From positions 1 through 52,822 of the forward strand of contig CAJVXI010000003.1 of assembly GCA_913009635.1 (NCBI GenBank): DNA of 52,822 nt, written 5' to 3'. Below the pieces are notes generated by a model, which did not search any database, was not told where the DNA came from, and was given only the letters and a program-made list of their open reading frames with translations. The position numbers and the translations under genes were made by a program. The DNA is from an uncultured bacterium. Lineage in GTDB: Bacteria; Patescibacteriota; Minisyncoccia; UBA6257; UBA9933. This document shows, in pieces, positions 19,212-28,755 of the stretch. Every line of letters begins with the position of its first letter. The first letter of the stretch is position 1.

Positions 19212-20506
19212 TGAAATTTCAACTTTAATATCTCTATAGCAATTTCTCGGTCATCAAAATAAATTCTTTTATCTTTAAAAATTTGACTGGTTTCGTGCCC
19301 CTTGCCTGCAATTAAAACAATATCATCTTTTTCAGCCAAAGAAATCGCTTTTTTAATTGCTTCTCTCCTATCTATAATTTCATATAAATTTATATTGGAA
19401 ATTCCTGATTTTATCTCAGATAAAATTCTATCAGGATTTTCGCTACGCGGATTATCAGAAGTAGTAATGATGAAATCCGCCATTTCTGAAGCGACTTTTC
19501 CCATTTTGAACCTTTTGGCCTTATCGCGATCTCCTCCGCAACCAAATACTACAATAATTTTATTTTTACAAAACACCCTTAAGGCAGAAAGGGCTTCCTT
19601 TAACGCGTCTTCGGTATGAGCGTAATCAACAAATACTGAAAAATTTTGTCCTTCATTAATTTTTTCCATTCTGCCAGGTATGGGCTTAACGTTAACCAAT
19701 GATTTTTTAATTTGTTTAATCGGGATATTTTGAAACATAGCCACGCAAATTGCCGCAGCAGTATTATAAACATTGAATTCACCAATTAAGGGTATTTCAA
19801 AATCTTCTTTATTAACTGTAAATTTTGACTTATCAGGTAATAAATTAATATCTTCAATCTCTAAAATATGATTTAATTTTTGATTTTTAATTTTTAATTT
19901 TATTTGATATCCATATTTATTTTTCACTGCTGGTTTTAAAAAATAATCTACATTTTTATCATCCAAATTATAAACCCCAAAACTATTTTCTTTCTTCGCA
20001 ATTTTTTCAAATAATTTAATTTTAGCAGTCCGATAATTCTCAAAACCGCCATGTCTTTCAAGATGCTCAGAAGATAAATTGGTAAAAACCGCCATATCAT
20101 AATCAATAAAGCGGTGTCGGTATTGTAAAATTCCCTCAGAAGAAGTTTCAATAACCGCGTAATGACAACCCAGCTTTAACATTTTTGCCAATAACTTTTG
20201 CAATTGAAATCTTCCCAGCATTGTATGGCCTGTTTTATTCAACCACTCTTCTTCGCCAATTCTAAAATTAACAGTAGTGGCCATACCCGTTTTAAGGCCA
20301 TTAGAATTAAAAATATGGGCAATTAAATTACAAGTAGTAGTTTTCCCTTTAGTTCCAGTGACGCCAATAACAAACATTTTTCGCGACGGGAAACCGTAAA
20401 TAAAAGCTGCTAAAGCTACTAAAAAATAATGATAAATCGGCTGAAATAACCGATAAAGAAATTTGGGAATAATATATTTTTCTAAAAACCTTAAAATCTT
20501 ATTCAC
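19208..20506 (-). CDS. murE: UDP-MurNAc-dipeptide--diaminopimelate ligase
   Basis: GVTGTKGKTT, DYAHT, GCGGDRD, DNPR, AGKGHE. Confidence 0.9.
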   Translation of the reverse strand: MNKILRFLEKYIIPKFLYRLFQPIYHYFLVALAAFIYGFPSRKMFVIGVTGTKGKTTTCNLIAHIFNSNGLKTGMATTVNFRIGEEEWLNKTGHTMLGRFQLQKLLAKMLKLGCHYAVIETSSEGILQYRHRFIDYDMAVFTNLSSEHLERHGGFENYRTAKIKLFEKIAKKENSFGVYNLDDKNVDYFLKPAVKNKYGYQIKLKIKNQKLNHILEIEDINLLPDKSKFTVNKEDFEIPLIGEFNVYNTAAAICVAMFQNIPIKQIKKSLVNVKPIPGRMEKINEGQNFSVFVDYAHTEDALKEALSALRVFCKNKIIVVFGCGGDRDKAKRFKMGKVASEMADFIITTSDNPRSENPDRILSEIKSGISNINLYEIIDRREAIKKAISLAEKDDIVLIAGKGHETSQIFKDKRIYFDDREIAIEILKLKFQ

Positions 20507-20523
20507 AATATTAATAATTCATT

Positions 20524-21840
20524 TTATAAATTAAGATAGCTTAATGGATTTAAGTCACCACCAACCGGCATCGGTCCGCAAACGCGAGATGACCTGGTTC
20601 CTTCCGGAAAACCCGGCGTTGCCGGCGGAATAGTTTGACTACTGTAAACCACAAAGTGAAGATGGGGGCCCGTAGAACGGCCAGTGCTCCCAACATAGCC
20701 AATATTTTGCCCTCGTTCCACTTTATCTCCTATCTTTACCACCCATCGGGAAAGATGGGCATAAAAAGTGGTTAAATTGTTTTCATGTTTAATAACCACG
20801 AATTTACCGTAAGCACCACGCCTGCATAATTTCTTTCCATTAGTCCGATAATTATCTTGGTTGCCAACAGCAATAACCTCTCCTTTTTCCGCAGAAAATA
20901 TAGGTGTTCCCATTGGCGCGCCTAAATCAATGCCATTATGCCAACTGCGACCCATCCGCAAAACATATGATGTCTTCCCATATTTTTGAGTTAGCCGAGC
21001 TGGTGGAATTGGCACTGGAATTTTTAAAATCCCTGGCCGTGGAGTAGGTAAAGCAGTAGGGTTAATTTTCAAACGCAATTCTTCTTCAAATCCAAAAACT
21101 TCTTTAGCGATTTCTTCCTGTAGTGTATCCAACTCTTTTAATTGTTTTTGATATAAATACTCCTGATTTTTTGTTTGGCTTAAAATTATCTGCTTATCTT
21201 TTTTAACTTCTTCAACTATTTCCTTTTTGTTTTTAAGATTAAAGTTTTCTGCTTTTGTTAATTGTTTTTTGTTGGCTGCGTCATTTAAAGCATAATCCAA
21301 TTTTATTTTTGAACCACCTAAATTAGCAACCTCAACGGATAATTTGTCATTAAGATTGGCTAAATTCTGAATTTCAAAAATTCCGTCTGCTAAACTTTTA
21401 TTCCTAAGAAAAACCATTAAGGCAGTTTCTTCTTCTTGTTGTTGAAGTTGCCGTAAAATCTCAGCAATAGCTTCTCGATTAATAATAATTCTTTCTTCGG
21501 TATCAATAATGTCGTATTGAAGTGATTCAACTTCTAATCCTAGTTTGCCAATCATAACTTCGCTTGAACGAATACCTAATTTAAGCTGATTTACTTGGCT
21601 ATTAATTCTGCTTATTTGTTTTTTAAGAGTTTTACCTTCTTCTTGAGTTTGCTCAAGTTCTTCTTGGGTTTGTTCAATTTGATTATTAATCTCTTGAAGC
21701 TCTAGAGACTTCTGCTCAATAGAATACTTAAGCTCATCAGAATCAGCGCCTCTCACGGCATGATAAGAAAAAATCCCAAACAAACCAAAAATTACAAACA
21801 AAACCAATACCTTAAACAATATTTGATTATTATTATGCAT
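20524..21840 (-). CDS. Coiled-coil M23 peptidase (EnvC-like)
   Basis: Signal/TM, coiled coil, HNGID, YAHL, STGPHLHF. Confidence 0.9.
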   Translation of the reverse strand: MHNNNQILFKVLVLFVIFGLFGIFSYHAVRGADSDELKYSIEQKSLELQEINNQIEQTQEELEQTQEEGKTLKKQISRINSQVNQLKLGIRSSEVMIGKLGLEVESLQYDIIDTEERIIINREAIAEILRQLQQQEEETALMVFLRNKSLADGIFEIQNLANLNDKLSVEVANLGGSKIKLDYALNDAANKKQLTKAENFNLKNKKEIVEEVKKDKQIILSQTKNQEYLYQKQLKELDTLQEEIAKEVFGFEEELRLKINPTALPTPRPGILKIPVPIPPARLTQKYGKTSYVLRMGRSWHNGIDLGAPMGTPIFSAEKGEVIAVGNQDNYRTNGKKLCRRGAYGKFVVIKHENNLTTFYAHLSRWVVKIGDKVERGQNIGYVGSTGRSTGPHLHFVVYSSQTIPPATPGFPEGTRSSRVCGPMPVGGDLNPLSYLNL

Positions 21841-21849
21841 ATTTTATTC

Positions 21850-22425
21850 TTACCTACCTAAAATCTTCAAGGCCATTTTTAATCTTTCTTCAGTTTTCTT
21901 GATTTTTGAAGAAATTTTTCTGAGCGCCTCTTGAATTTCACGCTGTTTATAGCCGAGACCTTTTAGCGCCTCTTCAATATCGCTGTCCGACTCCATCAAA
22001 GAAAGCAATTCTTCATCTTTACTGCTCTTAATCTTGTCAGAAAGCTCTAATATGATTCGATTCGCTGTTTTTTTGCCAACTCCAGAAGTTTTAATCAAAA
22101 GATCTGTCCGTCGTTGATTAACGGCTGTTAATAACCTGTTAATACTTGTTATACCTATAATCCTTAAAGCTGTTCTTGGTCCCACGCCGGTAATTGAAGT
22201 AAGCATCTTAAAAAAGTCCAATTCATCCTCTTTTAAAAAACCGTACAATTCCGCCCCATCCTGCCGAACATAAAAATAACAAAAAATCCTGAGCCGTGAG
22301 CCAAGCTGAGGCAAGGTCCTAAAGGTTTTAGACGAAACAAGGACCTTAAAACCAATGCCGTTTGTCTCAATAACCGCGAAATCTCGTTTTTTTATAATTA
22401 GCTTGCCTAAAAGAGAATGAATCAT
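21850..22425 (-). CDS. ruvA: Holliday junction DNA-binding protein RuvA
   Basis: LYGF, GVGPRTA, GVGKKTANRIILEL, ALKGLGY. Confidence 0.95.
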   Translation of the reverse strand: MIHSLLGKLIIKKRDFAVIETNGIGFKVLVSSKTFRTLPQLGSRLRIFCYFYVRQDGAELYGFLKEDELDFFKMLTSITGVGPRTALRIIGITSINRLLTAVNQRRTDLLIKTSGVGKKTANRIILELSDKIKSSKDEELLSLMESDSDIEEALKGLGYKQREIQEALRKISSKIKKTEERLKMALKILGR

Positions 22426-22492
22426 AAGCAAAGAATATAGGATTTAGAATTTAGGGTTTAGGAATTATAATAGTTATTATATTTCAAAACTG

Positions 22493-22521
22493 TTGACATT
22501 AAAAGCCACGTCCTATATTCT
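22493..22521 (+). promoter_or_regulatory. Probable rpsT promoter
   Basis: TTGACA-17bp-TATTCT. Confidence 0.6.
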
Positions 22522-22586
22522 AAGTCCTATAACCCATTATTTAAATTTTAAAAATTAGAAATTAAAAATTAAAAATTTTTTAATAT

Positions 22587-22847
22587 ATGCCTATTATTAA
22601 ATCAGCTAAAAAAGCGTTGCGTCAAAATGCTCGGCGCCGCCAAAAAAACATTAAAAGAAAAACCGAATTAAAAACGGTTATTAAACAATATAAAAAATTA
22701 CTAGAAAACAATCCAGAAGAAGCTAAAAAACTTTTACCTCAAGTTTATAAAAAACTTGATAAATCAGCCAAGGTTAACGTTATTAAGAAAAATAAAGCTA
22801 GTCGTTTGAAATCACGGTTAACGAAAAAATTAAAAACTTCCAAATAA
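22587..22847 (+). CDS. rpsT: 30S ribosomal protein S20
   Basis: MPIIKSAKKALRQ..IKKNKASRLKSRL. Confidence 0.96.
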   Translation: MPIIKSAKKALRQNARRRQKNIKRKTELKTVIKQYKKLLENNPEEAKKLLPQVYKKLDKSAKVNVIKKNKASRLKSRLTKKLKTSK

Positions 22848-22958
22848 AAAATCCCTGAATTAATCCTTGAATTCTTGTCCGCCTATGGCGGGAAAACAGG
22901 GATTTTTTATTTCTTCCCTTTCTGAAACCGTAATTTTTGAATTATGGCTTTGGAAAGA

Positions 22959-22993
22959 AAGGAGTTTCGGAAAATAAAAATCCGAAACTCCTT
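22959..22993 (-). terminator. Strong hairpin, probable terminator for a minus-strand transcript
   Basis: AAGGAGTTTCGGA..TCCGAAACTCCTT; U-rich tail on the minus strand. Confidence 0.65.
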
Positions 22994-23004
22994 AAAAATT
23001 TTTA

Positions 23005-23140
23005 GAGAGTGTCTTCGACAATCTCTACAACTCTCTTAATAGAGAGCTTTGATGACCTCTTTTTTGGAGAGCCGATGATTGTTCCCGTGGCAGAACCTCC
23101 CCACCCAGGCTCCAGCGCGTTGAGTTTCGATAAGACAACG
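23005..23140 (-). ncRNA. Candidate structured ncRNA (6S-like?)
   Basis: GC-rich non-coding patch; GTCTT.TCGA/TCGAAGAC closing stem and GGAGCC/GGCTCTCC inner stem on the minus strand. Confidence 0.3.
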
Positions 23141-23392
23141 TCAAGGTAAATTATTAGAGTAAGCACTCCAATAATTTACCTTGAGTTAAAATTGCGCGCT
23201 ACCACAAGTGGTAGCGTTTTTTTAGGTACTTCCACACGTGGAAGTACTTCTATATTTATTACGTAATTAATTACGTAATTAAAATTTCAATATTAAGAGG
23301 TCGGACTTCCGATTTAATTTAACGAGGTTTAATCTCCTCTCAAATTTAATTTCAATATTTGGGAGGTTAAACCTCGCGGGAAATCCAACCTC
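23141..23392. repeat. Array of unrelated palindromes plus GAGGTTnAACCTC-type REP-like units
   Basis: Palindromes at 23141-23184, 23197-23216, 23226-23247, 23258-23279; GAGG..CTC units at 23297, 23324, 23363, 23379. Confidence 0.8.
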
Positions 23393-23402
23393 ATACTAGT
23401 GG

Positions 23403-24263
23403 CTAGTGGTTAATCACCAAGTCAAGTAGTACCTCCTCATAATCTAATCTTCCGGATTTAACCAATGGATCATAATCGGCTATTTTTTGAACTAATCTTA
23501 CTGATTGAGCTTGACTGGCTAATATATTAAAAATTTTCGCCGGCTCTTCTTGATTAGAAAACAAAATTTCCAAATTTCTTATTTTTTGCGAAAATGACTG
23601 ACTGCTAATAAGGTCCATTATTAAATAATACGCGTTTTGTTTGACGTTTGGAGTCATAATATAATCACTAATTTCTTCAATTTTATTTATATCAATAATA
23701 TTCTCTTTAACTAAAGACAGCTTCTCTATTTCATTAACCAATCCCCAACTATCCCCGCTAAAACTTTCCGCCAAAAAATTAATTGCTGTCGAAGTCAGAT
23801 TAATCTCTCTCTTATTCACTTCTTTTTTAATAAAATGCCTTAATCTTTCGCCTTCTAACTTATTAAATTCCTGAAATTTAAGCTCAGAAGCCGCTGTTTC
23901 TTTGTTAATTAAAAAATCAAACCCAACAGGTGGCTTGTTGTCTTCAGAAATGATTAACACTAAATTATGTAAAGGAAGCTGTACTTTAAGAAATTCTTTT
24001 AATTCTTTGCGCTGACCAATGGAATAAGCGCTTATTTTAAAAAAAGCATTTTCTAAAATTACCAACTTTTTACTTACAAAAAGCGACTGGGTAGTTGTAA
24101 ATTCTCGTAAGCGGTCAAATTCTTCCTGCTTATCTCCGTTTTGACCAGAAAAATCAAAATATCCTAAATTCAAAGCTGAATATTTTTTGCTGTAATCATC
24201 AACTAATTCTTTTATTTTTTTTTGACGCCGGTAGGAATCTAAACCGTATAAATAAATAATCAT
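23403..24263 (-). CDS. holA: DNA polymerase III delta subunit
   Basis: MIIYLYGLDSY, SLF..KKLVIL, LVNEIEKL; the ORF-track extension to 24350 is repeat-derived. Confidence 0.85.
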   Translation of the reverse strand: MIIYLYGLDSYRRQKKIKELVDDYSKKYSALNLGYFDFSGQNGDKQEEFDRLREFTTTQSLFVSKKLVILENAFFKISAYSIGQRKELKEFLKVQLPLHNLVLIISEDNKPPVGFDFLINKETAASELKFQEFNKLEGERLRHFIKKEVNKREINLTSTAINFLAESFSGDSWGLVNEIEKLSLVKENIIDINKIEEISDYIMTPNVKQNAYYLIMDLISSQSFSQKIRNLEILFSNQEEPAKIFNILASQAQSVRLVQKIADYDPLVKSGRLDYEEVLLDLVINH

Positions 24264-24265
24264 GT

Positions 24266-24440
24266 AAAAGCACCAAATTTCAAGCACCAAATTCCAAATA
24301 AATTTCAAATTCCAATTTCCAAAATTCCAAACACGACGGGTTTTGGTCATTAGAATTTTGGGTATTGGATATTACCCCTCGGTCCTGAGACTCTCGAGGT
24401 CGAAGGATTTGGGATTTGTTATTTGTGATTTGAAATTTTA
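24266..24440. repeat. Family B element with a nested palindromic insertion at 24375-24406
   Basis: AAACACGACGGGTTTTGGTCATT core; nested CCCCTCGG..GGTCGAAGG. Confidence 0.85.
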
Positions 24441-26059
24441 AATTGTATTGCCGTTTTGATAAATTCTTTAAATAATGGATGCGGGTTAAGAGGACGTGAT
24501 TTAAATTCCGGATGAAACTGTGTAGCTAAGAAAAACGGGTGTGTTTCACGTGATAATTCTAAAATTTCCATTAATTTTCTATCTGGAGAAAATCCGGAAA
24601 AAACCAATCCTTTTTTCTCTAATTTTTCAATATATTGAGGATTAACTTCATATCTATGACGATGACGCTCAGAAATCAAGTGTTGTTTGTAAGCATGGTA
24701 AGCAATAGTTCCTTTTTTAATAATTGCCGGATAAGCGCCCAGTCGCATCGTGCCGCCATAATTCTTTTCTGATAAATTCTTTTTCTGTTCCTGTAAAATA
24801 TCAATTACCGGATAAGAAGTTTTAGGATTAATTTCTGTGGTATGAGCTTTTTTTAATTTTCCAACCGAACGGGCAAATTCAATTGTTGCTAACTGCATTC
24901 CATAACAAAGTCCCAAAAAAGGAATTTTATTTTCCCTACAATAACGAATGGCAGCTATCTTTCCTTCCGTTCCACGACCGCCAAAACCGCCGGGAACAAT
25001 AATGCCATCATACTCGTTTAATTCCGATAAACGACTTGGCATTTTTTCATAAACCTCAGCATTAAGCCAAGAAATTATTGGCTTTCTCTTAAAAAAATAA
25101 GCTGCCTGCTTAACAGCTTCAATTACTGAAATATAAGAATCTGCTAAAACAAATTCTCCAGTATTAAAATACTTGCCAACAATTCCTATTTTCACCGGCT
25201 TTTTTGAAAGACGGACGTTTTTAATTAATCGTTGCCAACGCCGCAAATCACGTCCTTTTGACTTAAGATTTAATTTTTTTAAAATAAACTCGCTTAAATT
25301 ATCTTTTTCAAAATTTATTGGAACTTCATAAATGCTTTCTATGTTTGGCGCTGAAATAACAGCCTCATCAAGCACATTACAAAAAAAAGCGATTTTTTCT
25401 TTTCGTTTTTTGTCTAAGGGAACTTTTGCTCGGGCTATAATAATATCCGGCTGAATGCCCGCTGAATTTAATGTTCTAGCAGCATACTGAGTTGGCTTAG
25501 TTTTTAATTCTCCTCCTTCTTGAAGCGGTAAATAACTTACCAGACACGAAAGAACATCTTGAGATTTTCTAGTTTTTAGCATTCTAATTGCTTCTAAAAA
25601 TAAGATGTTTTGATACTCACCAACAGTGCCGCCAATTTCTACAATAACGATTTGAGATTTATTTTTAGTCGCTGCTTTATCAATCTTGTTTATAACCTCC
25701 AAGGGAATATGCGGAACTACTTCAACGCAACGACCGCCATATTCCAAATTTCTTTCTCGATTAATAACTGTCTGATAAATACTGCCTGTAGTCATATAAT
25801 TTGCGCCTGAAAGGTCTTTATCTAAAAATCGTTCGTAATTCCCCATATCTTGATCGCATTCCATTCCGTCATTTAAAACAAATACTTCACCGTGTTCAGT
25901 TGGATTCATTGTACCCGCGTCAACATTTACGTATGGATCAATTTTAATCGCGGTTACCTCAAAACCGCGTGATTGCAAGATCTTCCCGATTGATGCGGCC
26001 GCAACACCCTTACCAACTCCGGACATTACACCGCCTACTATAAATATGTATTTGCGCAT
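24419..26059 (-). CDS. pyrG: CTP synthase
   Basis: GGVMSGVGKG, DPYVNVDAGTM, GLCYGMQ, QFHPEF. Confidence 0.98.
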   Translation of the reverse strand: MRKYIFIVGGVMSGVGKGVAAASIGKILQSRGFEVTAIKIDPYVNVDAGTMNPTEHGEVFVLNDGMECDQDMGNYERFLDKDLSGANYMTTGSIYQTVINRERNLEYGGRCVEVVPHIPLEVINKIDKAATKNKSQIVIVEIGGTVGEYQNILFLEAIRMLKTRKSQDVLSCLVSYLPLQEGGELKTKPTQYAARTLNSAGIQPDIIIARAKVPLDKKRKEKIAFFCNVLDEAVISAPNIESIYEVPINFEKDNLSEFILKKLNLKSKGRDLRRWQRLIKNVRLSKKPVKIGIVGKYFNTGEFVLADSYISVIEAVKQAAYFFKRKPIISWLNAEVYEKMPSRLSELNEYDGIIVPGGFGGRGTEGKIAAIRYCRENKIPFLGLCYGMQLATIEFARSVGKLKKAHTTEINPKTSYPVIDILQEQKKNLSEKNYGGTMRLGAYPAIIKKGTIAYHAYKQHLISERHRHRYEVNPQYIEKLEKKGLVFSGFSPDRKLMEILELSRETHPFFLATQFHPEFKSRPLNPHPLFKEFIKTAIQFKISNHK

Positions 26060-26061
26060 AA

Positions 26062-26148
26062 TTTAGTAATTAGCCAATAGAATTTAGCCACTATAGTTAA
26101 AAATTAAAATTAAAACCATAAACCCTAGTGGCTAGTGGCTAGTGATTA
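26062..26148. repeat. Family A element without a gene
   Basis: TTAGCCAATAG..TTAGCCACTA / TAGTGGCTAGTGGCTAGTG. Confidence 0.8.
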
Positions 26149-26149
26149 A

Positions 26150-27487
26150 TTATCTTTCCCCATAAATTATTTCTTTTGGCGGAATTAGTTTCGGATTAGT
26201 AGGAATAGTAAAATAAAAAGTAGTGCCTCTATTAAGCTCGGATTCAGCCCGAATTTCACCACCATGACGCTTAATTACATTTCTAATAATATAAAGCCCA
26301 AGCCCCAAACCGCTTGGAACAGCTCTAGTAGCGTTTTCAGCCCTAAAAAATTTAGTAAATAATTTATTAATCTGAGTAGGCGGAATGCCAATACCAGTAT
26401 CTTTAACGCTTATTTGAATATACGGCTGGTCCTTAACGCGCTCAAGTCCAACAGTTACTTTACCGTTAGGCACATTATATTTAATAGCATTATCAACAAG
26501 ATTGAATAAAACCATTTTTAATTTTTGCGGATCAACATAAAGGACAATTGAAGGTTCTTCTGGTTTTTGAAAATAAAGCTTAATACCGGATTGTTTTGCC
26601 AACAGCATTAATTCACCAAGAATTTCTTCGAGAAAGCTTATGATATTAACATTCTCAAATTGATAACCAAAACGTCCTTCTTCAATTTTAGAGACATCCA
26701 ATAAATCGTTAATTGTCTTTAAAAGATTTCCGGCAGCTCCGAACCCAGTATCCGCCAACTCTTTTTGGCTTGGCGTTAAAGATTCTTTTGATAAAGATTC
26801 CAAAGCCCAATAAACAGCTGTTGATGGCGTTCTTAACTGATGAGCAGCAACAGTGATAAATTCACTTTTTGAACGCAAAATCGCGATTTCTCGAGTCCTA
26901 TCATGAACTAATTTTACAAACCCCAATAAATGGCCTGATGAATCAATAATTTTATTAGTTGTTACTCTTAATTCTGTTTTTGGTTCTTCAAAAGAAAAAT
27001 CAGCTATTTGAGGGTAAACGCCTACCTCAGACAATTTAATTACTAAAGGAGCTAAAGACGGATAAATTATCTGAGACAATAATTTTAAATTAGGCCCCTT
27101 AGCTTTTTCTAAATCAAATACTTTGCCAATAACTTCTTCTGGTCTAATACTAAAAATCGCTTCAGCTGCCCGATTAAAAATTAAAATCTTAAAATTCGGG
27201 TCGTAAGCAATAACGCCAATATTTAAATTTGAAACAATGCCCGTTAATTCATTACGTTCAAGTTTAATGTCTAAATTTGAACGCGCTAAACGAAGATTAA
27301 CAATAAAAATAATAGTCGCTAAAACAAAAAACGCAATGGCAGTCGTCAAAAACCAAACTCGCGGTAAATAAGGAAAATTAATAACAAGAATTATTAGAAC
27401 TAACGGCAAAAAAATCCAGAACAACCGCATTTCCGGCAAGCCAGCGTATAAAGCAAATTTTTTAAACTGACGCTGAAAAAATTTCAT
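26150..27487 (-). CDS. PAS-domain sensor histidine kinase
   Basis: 2 TM, PAS, AAHQLRTP, NLVDNAIKY, DTGIGI, GLGLGL. Confidence 0.95.
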   Translation of the reverse strand: MKFFQRQFKKFALYAGLPEMRLFWIFLPLVLIILVINFPYLPRVWFLTTAIAFFVLATIIFIVNLRLARSNLDIKLERNELTGIVSNLNIGVIAYDPNFKILIFNRAAEAIFSIRPEEVIGKVFDLEKAKGPNLKLLSQIIYPSLAPLVIKLSEVGVYPQIADFSFEEPKTELRVTTNKIIDSSGHLLGFVKLVHDRTREIAILRSKSEFITVAAHQLRTPSTAVYWALESLSKESLTPSQKELADTGFGAAGNLLKTINDLLDVSKIEEGRFGYQFENVNIISFLEEILGELMLLAKQSGIKLYFQKPEEPSIVLYVDPQKLKMVLFNLVDNAIKYNVPNGKVTVGLERVKDQPYIQISVKDTGIGIPPTQINKLFTKFFRAENATRAVPSGLGLGLYIIRNVIKRHGGEIRAESELNRGTTFYFTIPTNPKLIPPKEIIYGER

Positions 27488-27505
27488 TCTTTTTTAATTA
27501 TACAA

Positions 27506-27695
27506 TAGCGTAATGCCAATATACAAATGCGTACTAATGATACGAATAAATAAATACTAATATATGATGCCAATATACTAATGGATACTAATGATACGAA
27601 TAAATACTAATTCGTATATATTAGTATAATTAGCATGAATTCGTATATTAGCATTTCACATAAGTATAATTAGCATGAATTAGTATATTAGTATT
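27506..27695. repeat. Family D element without a gene
   Basis: Arms closely match the reverse complement of the flanks of the GxxExxY gene at 48309-48707. Confidence 0.85.
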
Positions 27696-28638
27696 TCATT
27701 AAATTTATTCTATCCACTAAGCTCTTAAAACCTAATTCTTCAAAATAAGAAATGGCCTCTTTTTTAGATAAACCAGAATATTTTAAATCCGCGATGTCTA
27801 AATCCAAAGGCGTATCTCGCCGAATAACTGATAAATTACGTGAAAGCAACGCCTGATCTTGAAATTCAAAAATCTTTTTATACGCCTTTTCTTGCCCACC
27901 CTTTTCTAAAAGATTTTCTAAGCTGCCATATTTACTAATTAATGGAGCAGCGGTTTTAGGACCAATCCCAGGCACTCCAGGAATATTATCGGAAGGATCG
28001 CCAACCAATCCTTTATAATCCGGAAGTTGGCTTGGCTTAACCCCATAGCGTTCTTTAATTGCAGCTTCGTTATAAAAAACTGTTTCGCTTATGCCCTTTT
28101 TTATGGTTTCAACCAAAACTTTATCATTATCATCTTCAACCAATTGAAGAATATCTAAGTCACCAGTTAAAATAATAATTCTTAAATCAGAAATCTTTTT
28201 AAATTTTTCCACAGAAGTTCCGATTAAATCATCTGCTTCAAACCCCGGGATTTCAAAAGTTTTTATCTGAAAACTATTAAATAATTTATGCGCTTCAATT
28301 ATTTGAGACACCAATTCATCCGGCGCTTTTGGTCGATGAGCTTTATATTCTTTAAATATCTCTTTTCGAAAAGTTGGTTCTGGCCTGTCAAAAAAAGCGG
28401 CTATGAAATCAATCCTTCGGCCATACTCAGGTCTTCGACTCCGAGACTCAGACTCGAGGAGATTGATGGTGAGCGGAGCCGAACCATCAAATTTCTGTTC
28501 CCGAAAAATTCTTATTAAAATACTTGCCAGTCCATAAATTGCTCCAACAGGTTTTTTGCTTTTAGTGGAAAATGGCGGCAAGGCGTGGAAACAACGATGG
28601 ACCAAAGCATTGGCGTCAATTAATAATAATGTCTTCAT
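27688..28638 (-). CDS. Stand-alone 5'-3' exonuclease (PolA N-terminal domain) with an in-frame repeat insertion
   Basis: LIDANALVHR, YKAHR, FEADDLIG, GDPSDNIPGVPGIGPKTA. Confidence 0.92.
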   Translation of the reverse strand: MKTLLLIDANALVHRCFHALPPFSTKSKKPVGAIYGLASILIRIFREQKFDGSAPLTINLLESESRSRRPEYGRRIDFIAAFFDRPEPTFRKEIFKEYKAHRPKAPDELVSQIIEAHKLFNSFQIKTFEIPGFEADDLIGTSVEKFKKISDLRIIILTGDLDILQLVEDDNDKVLVETIKKGISETVFYNEAAIKERYGVKPSQLPDYKGLVGDPSDNIPGVPGIGPKTAAPLISKYGSLENLLEKGGQEKAYKKIFEFQDQALLSRNLSVIRRDTPLDLDIADLKYSGLSKKEAISYFEELGFKSLVDRINLMKY

Positions 28639-28640
28639 AA

Positions 28641-28755
28641 AAAATTGAAAATGTAAATATCAAAATGTAAAATGACAGATTAAAATGTTAAAATGGGACG
28701 TTAAAATTTAATAATTTTACATTGTCATTTTAATTTTTGATTTTTAAATTTTACA
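28641..28755. repeat. Family C element without a gene
   Basis: AAAATGTAAATATCAAAATGTAAAATGACA / TGTCATTTTAATTTTTGATTTTT. Confidence 0.85.

Noticed and set aside
24264-24350. N-terminal extension of HolA (similar extensions at 13536-13562 and 48708-48770)
   Set aside because: Read-through into repeat arms; conserved sequence starts at the downstream ATG
27688-28638. Truncated polA pseudogene
   Set aside because: The exonuclease domain is complete with acidic motifs intact; stand-alone forms are common
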